A DNA stretch of 64,000 nucleotides from NCBI GenBank assembly GCA_964590345.1, contig CAZPVP010000002.1, positions 9,945-73,944 on the forward strand. The letters run 5' to 3'. How positions within the stretch are numbered: the first letter of the stretch is position 1; each line of letters begins with the position of its first letter. The notes beneath the pieces are model-generated. The model was not told where the DNA came from. It saw only the letters and a program-made list of their open reading frames with translations, and did not search any database. Source of the stretch: an uncultured Gammaproteobacteria bacterium (GTDB taxonomy: Bacteria; Patescibacteriota; Patescibacteriia; CAIXNZ01). Positions 1-10,043 of the stretch are shown here, piece after piece. The translations under genes were made by a program, and so were the position numbers.

Positions 1-2
1 TT

Positions 3-317
3 GTTGCTGAAGATTATATTGGTACTGGTATAGCTTGGGGTATGGCTACAGGAGTTGATAAAAATTTGCTTTATAACATGAATTCTCATTTGCTTAAAGA
101 AAATTTAGGCATTTTATTTGAAGGCGACCCATTTCCTAAAGATTTAGATAAAAATAATGTCCATGAAGCAAGCATAGAAACATTAGAAAAAGTATCAAAA
201 GCTTTTAAAGAAATTGCTAAAGATTTTAATTGGCATACAATTAATGCCAACCAATCAATTGAAGAAGTCCAAAAGGAAATTCAAGCTATTATCAAAAGTA
301 AATTAATTATTTTATAA
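3..317 (+). CDS. tmk: thymidylate kinase, 5'-truncated at window edge
   Basis: The frame is open from base 3. The translation VAEDYIGTGIAWGMATGVD...NWHTINANQSIEEVQKEIQAII matches the Tmk LID and C-terminal layout (DRY..S..AYQG-like, then ...TIDA.Q..EEV). Confidence 0.55.
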   Translation, partial: VAEDYIGTGIAWGMATGVDKNLLYNMNSHLLKENLGILFEGDPFPKDLDKNNVHEASIETLEKVSKAFKEIAKDFNWHTINANQSIEEVQKEIQAIIKSKLIIL

Positions 318-375
318 TTTTAATTAATAAATTATCCGCTTTTGCTTAAAATTGTAGCGGATTTGGAAAAATTTT

Positions 376-1095
376 ATGGTAAAAAATCTTATTTCTGTTT
401 CAGCAATTATTAAAAAAGGCTGGCAACTTTATACCGAAAACTTTCAAATTTTTGCCACACCTATTTTGATTATATTAGCGCCTTATATTATTTTATACCT
501 TGTCCAATATTTTAAGGTGCCTGGCATGGCTATTTTAACTCTAATTTTAACTCTTATCTCAATTATTATTAACCTTTGGGCAGCTATTTTGTTCATTATA
601 ATGATTGATAAAATTTATAAAAAAGAATCATTTGACATCAATAATCTTTATAAGCAAGCCCGGCATAAAATACTTTCCTATTTATTAGTTTCAATTTTAG
701 TTTTTCTAATTGTTTTAGGTGGTTTTATTTTATTAATTATCCCTGGCATAATTTTTGCTATTTGGTATGCTTTTGCTGTTTATTATAATATTTTAGAAAA
801 TAAAAAAGGCTTGACCGCTTTGAAAAGCAGTAAAAAATTAGTTAAAGGCCGTTGGGGTAAAACCGCCTGGCGATTAATTATCCCCCCTTTATTTGTTTAT
901 TTCATTGTTATGATTGTTGCTACGGCTTTAATATATTTATTGACAAATGGTCAAATTGATATGCTGTCTTATGAACAAAATATCTTACTTAATGCTTTAA
1001 CAACAATTATTTTATCGATCTTGACTCCTTTATTTATTGCCTTCACTATTTATTTATTTAATAGTTTAAAAAAAACAAAACAGCAAGCAACGTGA
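376..1095 (+). CDS. hypothetical polytopic membrane protein
   Basis: 239 aa ORF that is highly hydrophobic with multiple predicted TM segments. No recognisable catalytic motif. Confidence 0.5.
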   Translation: MVKNLISVSAIIKKGWQLYTENFQIFATPILIILAPYIILYLVQYFKVPGMAILTLILTLISIIINLWAAILFIIMIDKIYKKESFDINNLYKQARHKILSYLLVSILVFLIVLGGFILLIIPGIIFAIWYAFAVYYNILENKKGLTALKSSKKLVKGRWGKTAWRLIIPPLFVYFIVMIVATALIYLLTNGQIDMLSYEQNILLNALTTIILSILTPLFIAFTIYLFNSLKKTKQQAT

Positions 1096-1130
1096 ACAAC
1101 AAGCTAATATAAAAATTATAATCAAATAAT

Positions 1131-2678
1131 ATGGAGCTTGAAGCAGTAATTGGGCTTGAAATTCATGTCCAGTTAAAAACTAAAACTAAAATGTTTTGCT
1201 CATGCGATAATAATGCTGAAAATAAAGCGGCTAATACTTATATTTGCCCGATTTGTTTGGGACATCCTGGCGTCTTGCCAGTAGCCAATAAACAGGCCAT
1301 TGAATGGTCGGCTTTAGTTTCTCTTGCTCTCAACTGCAGAATTAATGAATTCTCAAAATTTGATCGTAAGCATTATTATTATCCTGACTTGCCCAAAGCT
1401 TATCAAATTTCTCAATATGACCAACCAATTGGCAAAGCTGGCTGGTTATATATTTTAAATCCAAAGACAAATGAAGAAGAAAAAATTATAATTAATCGCT
1501 TGCATTTGGAAGAAGATGCAGCAAAACTATTGCATTCTACAGACAAAAAACACAGCTTAGTTGATTTTAATCGCGGCGGCACACCGCTTATGGAAATTGT
1601 AACTGAACCAGACATTAAAAGCCCAGCTCAGGCTAAATTATTTTTACAAGAATTACGTCAAATAATGCGCTATTTAGAAATTTCTGATGCTGATATGGAA
1701 AAAGGCCAATTACGTTGCGATGCCAATATTTCTTTGCGTCCTAAAGGAGAAAATAAATATTACCCCAAAACTGAAATTAAAAACCTAAATTCTTTTAAGA
1801 TGGTAGAAAAAGCCTTGGAATATGAAATTTCCCGTCAAACCAAACTTTGGCTAAAAGGAAAGCCGCCTGAAGAATTAACAACACGGGGCTGGAATGATAA
1901 TAAAGGCTTTACAGAGCAACAACGAACAAAAGAAGAGGCTCATGACTATCGTTATTTCCCAGAACCAGATATCCCCCCAATTCGTTTTTTAACCCGTCCA
2001 GATAAAATATGTAATGAAAAAGAAATTGGCATTGATATTGAATGTCTAAAAGCCAATTTACCAGAGCTGCCAAATGATAAAAGAAAAAGATTTATTGCCC
2101 AATATGATTTAAATTATGAAGATGTAAAAATTTTGACCGTAGAAAAAAATCGCGCTGATTTTACTGAACAAGTTTTTTCCGAACTTAAAAATTGGATAGA
2201 AAATATCTTAGAAAAAGCTGCAAACAAGGAAGACCTTTGGGAAAAAAACAGACCTCAATTAATTAAATTAACTGCTAACTGGTTAATTAATAAACTTATT
2301 CCTTTATTAGAAGAAAAAGGAATAACTATTAAAACAATTAAAATGACGCCTGAAAATATGGCTGAACTAATTACTTTGCTTTTTGCTAAAAAATTAAATA
2401 GCACTGCAGCTGCTGAACTTTTAACTGAAATGATTGAAACAGGTGCTGACCCATCCCATTTAATTAAAGACAAAGATTTAGGCCAAATTTCTGATGAATC
2501 TGAATTGGAAAATATCATCGATAAAATAATTAAAGATAACCCCCAACCAGTAGAAGATTATAAAAAAGGCAAAGAAAAAGCCTTGCAATCTTTAATTGGC
2601 AAAGTAATGGCTCAAACCAAAGGAAAAGCTAATGCTGAAATTGTACTAAAATTACTAAAAAACAAACTAAAATCTTGA
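1131..2678 (+). CDS. gatB: Asp/Glu-tRNA amidotransferase subunit B
   Basis: N-terminus MELEAVIGLEIHVQLKTKTKMFCSC with Cys cluster and a GatB_YqeY-like C-terminus. 515 aa. Confidence 0.9.
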   Translation: MELEAVIGLEIHVQLKTKTKMFCSCDNNAENKAANTYICPICLGHPGVLPVANKQAIEWSALVSLALNCRINEFSKFDRKHYYYPDLPKAYQISQYDQPIGKAGWLYILNPKTNEEEKIIINRLHLEEDAAKLLHSTDKKHSLVDFNRGGTPLMEIVTEPDIKSPAQAKLFLQELRQIMRYLEISDADMEKGQLRCDANISLRPKGENKYYPKTEIKNLNSFKMVEKALEYEISRQTKLWLKGKPPEELTTRGWNDNKGFTEQQRTKEEAHDYRYFPEPDIPPIRFLTRPDKICNEKEIGIDIECLKANLPELPNDKRKRFIAQYDLNYEDVKILTVEKNRADFTEQVFSELKNWIENILEKAANKEDLWEKNRPQLIKLTANWLINKLIPLLEEKGITIKTIKMTPENMAELITLLFAKKLNSTAAAELLTEMIETGADPSHLIKDKDLGQISDESELENIIDKIIKDNPQPVEDYKKGKEKALQSLIGKVMAQTKGKANAEIVLKLLKNKLKS

Positions 2679-2746
2679 CAAATTTTTAAAAACATGTTAT
2701 ATTATGATTATCTAAATACTTTCTAACAATTAATAACTATTAACTT

Positions 2747-3118
2747 ATGAAAGGATTTGAATCTATGATGCCAGAAAAACAACCCCCTAAAGACGAGCCT
2801 CGCATCGCTCAACAGCGATCAATTGGCGAGGAAGTTGAATTGGAAGAATTAGGCGAGGAAATTGAAAAAGAATTAGCCGCTGAAGAAGAGCAAAAGCAAT
2901 CACCAGAAGAACAAATTAGAAACTTTTATACTTCAAAATCTTGGTCAAAATGGCAGGAAGTTAAAGACAGTGCTAAGTCAGAAATAAAAGAACCTGTCAG
3001 ACAGGAAGTTTTGACCAAATTACACGAATTAGAAAATCAAGTCGCTGGCAATGAAAAATTAGAAAAAGCAATTAATTTGATTAAAGATGAGCTTGAAAAA
3101 GATGCGGGACACGCTTAA
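2747..3118 (+). CDS. hypothetical acidic coiled-coil protein
   Basis: 123 aa, E/K-rich low-complexity sequence. Followed by a strong terminator hairpin. Confidence 0.4.
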   Translation: MKGFESMMPEKQPPKDEPRIAQQRSIGEEVELEELGEEIEKELAAEEEQKQSPEEQIRNFYTSKSWSKWQEVKDSAKSEIKEPVRQEVLTKLHELENQVAGNEKLEKAINLIKDELEKDAGHA

Positions 3119-3140
3119 ATGCCTAATCTGGTATAAATAA

Positions 3141-3184
3141 AAAATCCGACCTTTCATTTATTGACAGGTCGGATTTATTTTTTG
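3141..3184. terminator. bidirectional rho-independent terminator between convergent genes
   Basis: ATCCGACC-loop-GGTCGGAT stem flanked by an A-run upstream and TTATTTTTT downstream. Confidence 0.6.
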
Positions 3185-3528
3185 CTAAAAGTTTTGGTAT
3201 GCTCCTTATCAAAAAAAATCAGTGATTTGACCCCGGCAATAGGAATAATTATGGCCTGCCTTGCCTTGTCATAATAAATAGAATCTTGCTTATATTCTTC
3301 GGTTAGACAAATTCCTTTTGAAACATAAGGAAATTTTCGGTTTTCACCTATTACTCTTATATTGAGAATCAACACACTTGTTCTGACTGCTTCGTGGTCG
3401 GCAATAAGTTCAATTACAACCTGATCTGGCCAAAATTTCACTTTCTTAATTCTTTTCATGGCCTCATTAAAATCAATTACAATTTTTTTTATCGGCTCAC
3501 GCAAATGATTAAAATCTTGAATAACCAA
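3175..3528 (-). CDS. hypothetical protein
   Basis: 117 aa ORF with no recognisable motif. Confidence 0.35.
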   Translation of the reverse strand: MVIQDFNHLREPIKKIVIDFNEAMKRIKKVKFWPDQVVIELIADHEAVRTSVLILNIRVIGENRKFPYVSKGICLTEEYKQDSIYYDKARQAIIIPIAGVKSLIFFDKEHTKTFSKK

Positions 3529-3677
3529 TTTTTCTCACCTCCTTTTTGTAGAATTTATGAACGCTAACTGTTCATAATTAAAAATCTTGTATCTTTTATA
3601 TTTACATAAAAATTTATTTTTGTCAATCTACAACACCATAAAAATTTAATTTTGTCAAATTTCTGTACTTAAATCGC

Positions 3678-4568
3678 TTATTTTAAAATCCATTGTTTAA
3701 CAATTTTTTCTATTTTTTTATGATCATTTTCCCAAATTATTTCTTTGTCTTTTTTAAACCAAGTCATTTGCCTTTTCGCATAATGGATAATATCATATTC
3801 CAATCGTTCCAGCATTGCTTCTTTACTAATCATGCCTCTTAAATAACGAGAAACCCAACGATATTCCAAACCAAAATTATCCAGTCTTTGCCAGCTAACG
3901 CCTTGCTCATGCAGTCTTTTGACTTCAGCTACCATCCCCTGCCTCATGCGGATATACAAACGATCGTGAATGCGTTTTTTAAGTTCTTGCCAATCCCTCT
4001 TGACTCCGATTTTTAAAACATCGTATTTTTGTAATCTTTTATATTTTGGCACGGGCTTGCCAGAAATCATAACTATTTCCAAAGCCCTAATTAAGCGCCT
4101 TTTATTATTTTTATCAATATTTTTTGCTCTTTGCGGGTCTAATTTTTTAAGTTTTTCAAATAATTTTTCTGCGCTTAATGTTTCTAATTTTTGGCGTAAT
4201 TTGAGATCAGGCTTAACTCCTTTTGGCAACCCATAAAGTAAGACGTCAATCCAAAAGCCGGTTCCCCCGCAAACAATTGGCAATTTACCTTTTTTACTGA
4301 TTTTATTTATGGCTTTTTGCGCATCCCTAACAAACTTGAATACATTATAATCGGTTTTAGGCGAAACCATATCCAGAAGATAATGCTTAATGCCCTGCAT
4401 TTCTTTTTTTGTCGCTTTACCAGTACCAATGTCCATACCTTTATAAACCTGACGTGAATCAGCTGAAATCACTTCCCCATTAAACTTTTTAGCTAATTTA
4501 ATAGACAAACTGGTTTTGCCACTGGCATTTGGACCAACAATGACTAATATTTTTTGTTTATTTGACAT
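3678..4568 (-). CDS. miaA: tRNA dimethylallyltransferase
   Basis: P-loop at the N-terminus: ILVIVGPNASGKTSLSIKLAKKFNGEVISADSRQVYKGMDIGTGK. Confidence 0.9.
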   Translation of the reverse strand: MSNKQKILVIVGPNASGKTSLSIKLAKKFNGEVISADSRQVYKGMDIGTGKATKKEMQGIKHYLLDMVSPKTDYNVFKFVRDAQKAINKISKKGKLPIVCGGTGFWIDVLLYGLPKGVKPDLKLRQKLETLSAEKLFEKLKKLDPQRAKNIDKNNKRRLIRALEIVMISGKPVPKYKRLQKYDVLKIGVKRDWQELKKRIHDRLYIRMRQGMVAEVKRLHEQGVSWQRLDNFGLEYRWVSRYLRGMISKEAMLERLEYDIIHYAKRQMTWFKKDKEIIWENDHKKIEKIVKQWILK

Positions 4569-4620
4569 ATTATTTATTATAAGCTAAATTAAAAAAAGAG
4601 CAAAAACAAGGAGGTAAAAA

Positions 4621-4920
4621 ATGGATCTTGAAATTGTATTTAAGTGTATCTTCATCTACATAGTCATTGCAAATACAGTTAGCCCCATAAGTATAGCCTT
4701 TGCAGAAGAATCCGGTTGGGTAAAAGGTGAATGGATTTACCTAAATGACCATAAATGGCTTGCCCGAATCCGAATATTAATTAGGCATGTGACAATTTAC
4801 GAATTGTACTCAATTATCTTTTGTCTGCCTAGCTTGCTATTCTGCATAATTCTCATGATAATGACCATTATAAATGCCTGCACACCCATGCCCAAATTTG
4901 ATAGAATCAAAAAAAATTAA
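4621..4920 (+). CDS. small hydrophobic hypothetical protein
   Basis: 99 aa ORF preceded by a strong Shine-Dalgarno (AAGGAGGT plus 8 nt). It lies between miaA and miaB on the opposite strand. Confidence 0.3.
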   Translation: MDLEIVFKCIFIYIVIANTVSPISIAFAEESGWVKGEWIYLNDHKWLARIRILIRHVTIYELYSIIFCLPSLLFCIILMIMTIINACTPMPKFDRIKKN

Positions 4921-4930
4921 AGTCACGAAA

Positions 4931-6232
4931 TCAAATTTCGCCCTCTAACCTGAAGCTTTCTGCTCGGGTTATTTTTATTTTGACAAATTTACTTAATAAT
5001 TTTTTCTTGGATTTAAATTTTACCGCCTTAAAAGTTCTGGTTTTGCCCAGCCAAATATCATCTTTGACTTTTTTGTCAACTAAAACTTCAACGGTCTCGC
5101 CTACTAATTTCAAATTATTTTCCAAAGCAGTTTGCTTTAATATTTTAGTTAAAACTTCTTCCCGTCTTTTTTTCTCAGTTTTTGGTATATTATCTTTTAA
5201 TTTAGCTGCGGCTGTTTCTTCTCTGGGTGAATATTGAGCCACATATGCCATGTCAAACTTAATTTCTTTCATTAATTTAGCCGTATTATCAAATTGTTTT
5301 TTTGTTTCGCCTGGAAAACCGACAATAATATCAGTTGAAATTGCTACTTCCGGTATTTGTTGGCGGATTTTTTTAATCAAATTTTTATAATGCGAAACAG
5401 TATAGCCACGATTCATTTTTTTCAAAATTTGATTATCTCCCGCCTGAATTGGCAAATGAATATATTCAGTTATTTTTTTATTTTGAGCAATAATGTTAAT
5501 CAATTTGTCAGACAGATCCTTGGGATGACTGGTTACAAAGCGCAACCAAAAATCACCTTTTAGATTGGCAATTGCCTCAAGCAAATCTGGGAAATCATTA
5601 ATTTTTGGCTTAGAGCTTTGGGCTTGGGGCTTTGGGCTATACGAATTAACGTTTTGGCCTAATAAAATTACTTCTTTATAACCTTGCGAAATTAATTCTT
5701 TAACCTCTTCAATTACTTCCTCAGGCGAACGCGATTCCTCTCTGCCTCGCACATAAGGCACAATACAATAAGCGCAAAAATTATTACAGCCAGTCATGAT
5801 TGGCACATAAGCAGTAAAAGAACTCTGATATTTTGGTTTAATTGAAAAATAAGTCTCAATTTTTTGCTGTTCACCTTTTTTATTCAATAATTCAGGTAAT
5901 TTTTGTAAATCTTTAATATTCAAAAAAATGTCAATATTTTTCAAACGCTTAATTACCTCCTTACGTAAAGCCATACAACCGGTTAAAATCACTTTGAGCT
6001 TAGGGCTTTGGGCTTTGAGCTTTTTTATGTGGCGCATTAAACCATAAACTCGGTCTTCAGCTGACTGACGCACCGAACAAGTAACTAAAACGATTAAATC
6101 AGCTTGTTCTTTATTGTCAGCTTCTTTATAACCAATAGAGTGCAAAAGTGATGCTACTCGTTCAGCATCACTTTTATTCATCTGGCAGCCATATATTTGA
6201 ATATAATATTTCATATGTTGGGTATTAGGCAT
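4931..6232 (-). CDS. miaB: tRNA-2-methylthio-N6-dimethylallyladenosine synthase (radical SAM methylthiotransferase)
   Basis: MTTase N-domain (YIQIYGCQMNKSDAE), radical SAM CNNFCAYC motif and a TRAM-like C-terminus. It also carries two low-complexity inserts encoded by GGGCTTTGGGCT repeats. Confidence 0.9.
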   Translation of the reverse strand: MPNTQHMKYYIQIYGCQMNKSDAERVASLLHSIGYKEADNKEQADLIVLVTCSVRQSAEDRVYGLMRHIKKLKAQSPKLKVILTGCMALRKEVIKRLKNIDIFLNIKDLQKLPELLNKKGEQQKIETYFSIKPKYQSSFTAYVPIMTGCNNFCAYCIVPYVRGREESRSPEEVIEEVKELISQGYKEVILLGQNVNSYSPKPQAQSSKPKINDFPDLLEAIANLKGDFWLRFVTSHPKDLSDKLINIIAQNKKITEYIHLPIQAGDNQILKKMNRGYTVSHYKNLIKKIRQQIPEVAISTDIIVGFPGETKKQFDNTAKLMKEIKFDMAYVAQYSPREETAAAKLKDNIPKTEKKRREEVLTKILKQTALENNLKLVGETVEVLVDKKVKDDIWLGKTRTFKAVKFKSKKKLLSKFVKIKITRAESFRLEGEI

Positions 6233-6248
6233 TAGTTCAAGGAAAAAA

Positions 6249-8018
6249 TTAATTTATAACTTTATCCTCGATTTCCTTTTTTATCTGCTTAATAAACTTA
6301 TCTAGCTTTTGCTGACCTAAATCGCCTTTACCTCGTTTTCTCACTGCCACTTCTTTTTTCTTAACTTCTTTATCACCAACAACCAAAATATAAGGAATTT
6401 TATCTTTTTCACCTTTGCGTATTTTATTACCAACAGTTTCATTGGCTAAATCTAATTCTGTACGAATACCTTGAGCTTTTAATTTTTCATCGACCTCTTG
6501 ACAATAAATTTTATGATCAGCACCAATATTGATTATTTTAACTTGAATTGGTGATAACCAAACAGGAAAAGCTCCGCCATAATGTTCTATCAGTAAAACC
6601 AAAAATCTTTCATAAGAACCGAGTACCGCCCTATGTACCATAATCACATTTTCTTCTTTGCCTTTTTCATTGGTATAAACTAAATTGAATCTTTTGGGAG
6701 TAGCAAAATCAAGCTGGACTGTTGGGATTTGGATTTCCTTGCCTAAGGCGTCTTTAAACATAAAATCAAGTTTTGGCCCGTATAAAGCTGCTTCGCCTTC
6801 GCATCGCTTCGCATCAAGCTTCATTTCCTTGGATATCTCTTCCAGCATTTTTTCACATTTATTCCAATCTTTTGGCTCGCCAATATATTTTTCAGGATGA
6901 TCATAATCTCTAACCGAAAGAGAAACCCAGTGATTACCCCATAAACCTAAAGCCGAATAAAAATCTTTAATAATATTTATCATATTTTTGACTTCATCTT
7001 TAACTTGATCTAAACGGCAAAATGAATGTCCATCTTCTACTGTAATTGCGTATACCCGGCTTAATCCACCAATTTCACCTGGTTTTTCTGCTCTATATTG
7101 TTTTCCTGATTCCATATAACGAATCGGCAAATCTTTATAAGAACGTTTATGAGCAGCATAAATTTGGGTTTGATGAGGACATTGGACTGGTTTAATCACA
7201 AAATTATGGCCTCTTTTTGAAGTAACCCGAAAAAGCTCTTCTGGAAATTTCTTGGCATGACCTGAAATTTCATACAATTCTAGCTTGGCTAAATGAGGTG
7301 TCATCACTTTTTCAAAACCATAACTGTGGCAAACTTTTTCAATATGATTTTTTAATTCATCGATAATAATTACACCCTTTGGCGCGAAAAGCGGTAAGCC
7401 AGAACCTACTAAGTCAGAGAAACAAAACAAATCCTGTTCTTTACCAATTTTACGATGATCTCTTTTTTCAGCTTCTTCAATCATTTTTAAATATTTATCC
7501 AATTCTTCTTTGGTTTCAAAAGCTGTACCGTAAATTCTTTGCAGCATTTTATTGTTTTCATCACCCCGCCAATAAGCACCGGCTACTTTAAGTAATCTAA
7601 AAGGGCCAATCTTACCAGATGATTCAAGGTGTGGTCCGGAACATAGATCTTCAAAAATATCGCCTAATTTATAAAAAGTAACTTTTTTCTGGCTTTCTTT
7701 TTCCAATTCTTTAATCAATTCAATTTTATAAGGCTGATCTTTCATTCGTTTTAAAGCTTCCTTAATCGTCATATCTTCTTTGCTAAATTTTAAATTTTGC
7801 TTAATTATATGCTTCATTTTTTTCTCAATTTTTGGCAAATCATCTTCTGAAATTGTCTGATCGCCCAAATCAAAATCATAATAAAATCCATCCTCAATTG
7901 TCGGACCAATGGCAAACTTAACTTTATCGCCATAAATCTGCTTAACAGCCGCTGCCATAACATGGGCAGTTGAATGACGCATAATGTCTAAATTGGATTG
8001 TTTTTTAGTTTCTTTCAT
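6249..8018 (-). CDS. thrS: threonyl-tRNA synthetase (lacks N-terminal TGS domain)
   Basis: Editing-domain HxxxH (MRHSTAHVMAAA), class II core and anticodon-binding C-terminus. 589 aa. A T-box leader lies upstream. Confidence 0.9.
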   Translation of the reverse strand: MKETKKQSNLDIMRHSTAHVMAAAVKQIYGDKVKFAIGPTIEDGFYYDFDLGDQTISEDDLPKIEKKMKHIIKQNLKFSKEDMTIKEALKRMKDQPYKIELIKELEKESQKKVTFYKLGDIFEDLCSGPHLESSGKIGPFRLLKVAGAYWRGDENNKMLQRIYGTAFETKEELDKYLKMIEEAEKRDHRKIGKEQDLFCFSDLVGSGLPLFAPKGVIIIDELKNHIEKVCHSYGFEKVMTPHLAKLELYEISGHAKKFPEELFRVTSKRGHNFVIKPVQCPHQTQIYAAHKRSYKDLPIRYMESGKQYRAEKPGEIGGLSRVYAITVEDGHSFCRLDQVKDEVKNMINIIKDFYSALGLWGNHWVSLSVRDYDHPEKYIGEPKDWNKCEKMLEEISKEMKLDAKRCEGEAALYGPKLDFMFKDALGKEIQIPTVQLDFATPKRFNLVYTNEKGKEENVIMVHRAVLGSYERFLVLLIEHYGGAFPVWLSPIQVKIINIGADHKIYCQEVDEKLKAQGIRTELDLANETVGNKIRKGEKDKIPYILVVGDKEVKKKEVAVRKRGKGDLGQQKLDKFIKQIKKEIEDKVIN

Positions 8019-8401
8019 CTTTTTGTTTTATTAAGGTTATTAGTTTATTTAGTTATTAGTTATTTCAGCCAAAAGCCGAGCAGCCTTTGGCTGGGATTAT
8101 TGGTTATTAAAAAATGGGTCTCAAAACGACAAAATTACAATAAAATCATCGTCTTGGGACCCATTTTATAAGGCGGTTCCACCCAAGTTCCCTTCGTAGC
8201 TCTAATCAAAATTATAGAATTCTGGTATTTCTTTTTTATGATTATGCAACCAAGAGCGAAGAAGAGCGCTTAATTCCTATCCCCAAAGCTTAGTAAGTGC
8301 CTTACGGACAACTTAAACCAAATATGGCTAAGCGATTGGTCGTCGCTTCAATCACTTTTAGAGATATTTAAATAATAAAATACTGCCTAATTTATGTCAA
8401 G
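8019..8401 (-). promoter_or_regulatory. T-box riboswitch leader of thrS (ACC specifier)
   Basis: The minus-strand RNA contains UGGGUGGAACCGCC, matching the T-box consensus AGGGUGGNACCGCG. Immediately 3' is a long terminator hairpin (GGGUCCCAAGACG...CGUUUUGAGACCC) followed by UUUUUU. The candidate specifier hairpin AAGCGA-cgACCaa-UCGCUU presents the Thr codon ACC followed by a purine. A TTGACA-17-TATTAT promoter sits at the 5' end. Confidence 0.7.
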
Positions 8402-8403
8402 AT

Positions 8404-8841
8404 TCACATTTCTTTTGTAAAAGTAGCTTTTTCTAAAAGCTCATCCATTAAATCCTCGTGTGTTTTTTTAAATTTAGCTTTAATTTTATTAACTGTTTCT
8501 TCCAGCTCTTTTTTTGTATATTTAACATCATCAAAACTTATTAATTCACCATCTTTATCAAATTCAAAAACTTCTTTTTGATCGCCTTTATCATCCAAAT
8601 ATTCTAAAATATAAGCACCATTAGCTAAAACATAAATTCTAGCGCCTTCAAAACCTTTATCAATGACGAATTTTTCTACTTTTTGATAAGAATCACGTTC
8701 AGTTATCTTCTTAACGGCGTCTTCTTCATCATCAATACCCTCGGGAATATCCCAATCTTCCAACTCTATTAACTCCTCCTCTTTCCCTTCCTCGTTGCCC
8801 AATTCAAAAAGATTTTGCTCCCCCATCTCGGTTTTGAACAT
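8404..8841 (-). CDS. hypothetical acidic protein
   Basis: 145 aa ORF, D/E-rich. Confidence 0.45.
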   Translation of the reverse strand: MFKTEMGEQNLFELGNEEGKEEELIELEDWDIPEGIDDEEDAVKKITERDSYQKVEKFVIDKGFEGARIYVLANGAYILEYLDDKGDQKEVFEFDKDGELISFDDVKYTKKELEETVNKIKAKFKKTHEDLMDELLEKATFTKEM

Positions 8842-8850
8842 AAATTAAAA

Positions 8851-9978
8851 TTATTTAATTATTCTTACTATAATATGATCTTGAAAATATGGAACTTTTT
8901 TTAGCCAAGATGGGAAAAAGCCTATTTCAACTTTTTCAATCTCGTCAAAATTTTCCAAATACGCTTTCATTTCATCAAAATTAAGTTTAGCTAATTTATC
9001 TTTATCTAAAATTTCGCTATCTTCACTAATAATAACAACTCCGGCAATATTGGTTTTTATTTGGGCTAATTTATTATCCAAATCATATTTTTCTATCTCA
9101 TAAATCAAATTGTCGCTATTTGTCGCAACTATTTCTTTATCCAGAGATACAGCGCCTTCTAAAACTTTTTCAGCAAAAATCTGGACTGGCTTTTCATCAA
9201 ATATAATACCAATTACTTTTACGGTCAAATTAACCATGTACTCTGAAACTTCATCACCGACTTCATTACTTATTTCTCGTTCAATTATCTCTTTCGTTAA
9301 AATTTTTGCTTTATTGCTATCGTCTTCAGCAAAAATTTGCTGCGCTAATTCTTCAGAAAAACTCTCAACTGCCTGGTCTAATTCTTCTTGAGAGATTGCC
9401 GAAACCATCTCGCCATCAGCAACAAAATCCTGATCAGCTTCTGCATAAACAAATTCCTGCAAAGTGGCGCTTAAACCAGGAATAGCAAATTTTGTATCTG
9501 CTTTAGCTAATGGTTTACTCGGATCATCAGCATAAACATCGGCTTCTATGCTATCACCAGCCGGAATATTAACCCTGTTTTTTAATCTAAACAAAATCCC
9601 TTCAGGCGTTAAAAGTCTAGTTGTTGCTACTAAAACTTGATCGCGTGATAAATTATTAATTAATTTCACTTTACCTACTATATCACCAACCTTTTGCTTA
9701 GTGCCCGTAGTCATAAAATTTTTCTCACCTTCAAGCGTCTGATTAACAATTTTACCATTAAAAATGCCCTCCTCAATATTTTCAGCAGCAGGATCTTCAA
9801 CTACAATAAAATTGAAATCCGTAGTAATTTCCTGTTTATTGGGATAAACATTAATATAAGCGTAAGAAAGCGTAAAATAAAAAATCAAACCAATCAAAAT
9901 AAGGGTTAAAATTATAAAACTCAAAGCAATCTTTTTGTAGATATTCAAAGGAGGGTTAATTGTTTGTCTTTTTGCCAT
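8851..9978 (-). CDS. hypothetical membrane-anchored protein
   Basis: 375 aa with a single N-terminal TM helix followed by an acidic extracytoplasmic region. Confidence 0.45.
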   Translation of the reverse strand: MAKRQTINPPLNIYKKIALSFIILTLILIGLIFYFTLSYAYINVYPNKQEITTDFNFIVVEDPAAENIEEGIFNGKIVNQTLEGEKNFMTTGTKQKVGDIVGKVKLINNLSRDQVLVATTRLLTPEGILFRLKNRVNIPAGDSIEADVYADDPSKPLAKADTKFAIPGLSATLQEFVYAEADQDFVADGEMVSAISQEELDQAVESFSEELAQQIFAEDDSNKAKILTKEIIEREISNEVGDEVSEYMVNLTVKVIGIIFDEKPVQIFAEKVLEGAVSLDKEIVATNSDNLIYEIEKYDLDNKLAQIKTNIAGVVIISEDSEILDKDKLAKLNFDEMKAYLENFDEIEKVEIGFFPSWLKKVPYFQDHIIVRIIK

Positions 9979-10043
9979 AATGTTATTTTTATTTAATTAA
10001 TTTCATTATTAATAGTATAACAAATTACGGACTTTTTGAAAAT

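Noticed and set aside
1412-1615. Short antisense ORFs inside gatB, dnaE, guaA, the HK and others (for example 1412-1615, 12137-12319, 19198-19383, 49217-49450)
   Set aside because: They are embedded antisense within strongly supported genes, are 60-90 aa, and have no motifs. Typical AT-rich spurious ORFs.
8062-8098. CAGCCAAAAGCC...GCCTTTGGCTG hairpin as an SRP RNA domain IV
   Set aside because: It lacks the conserved GGAA/AGCAG symmetric-loop motifs. It lies inside the thrS leader between the T-box terminator and the start codon and is more simply a leader hairpin.
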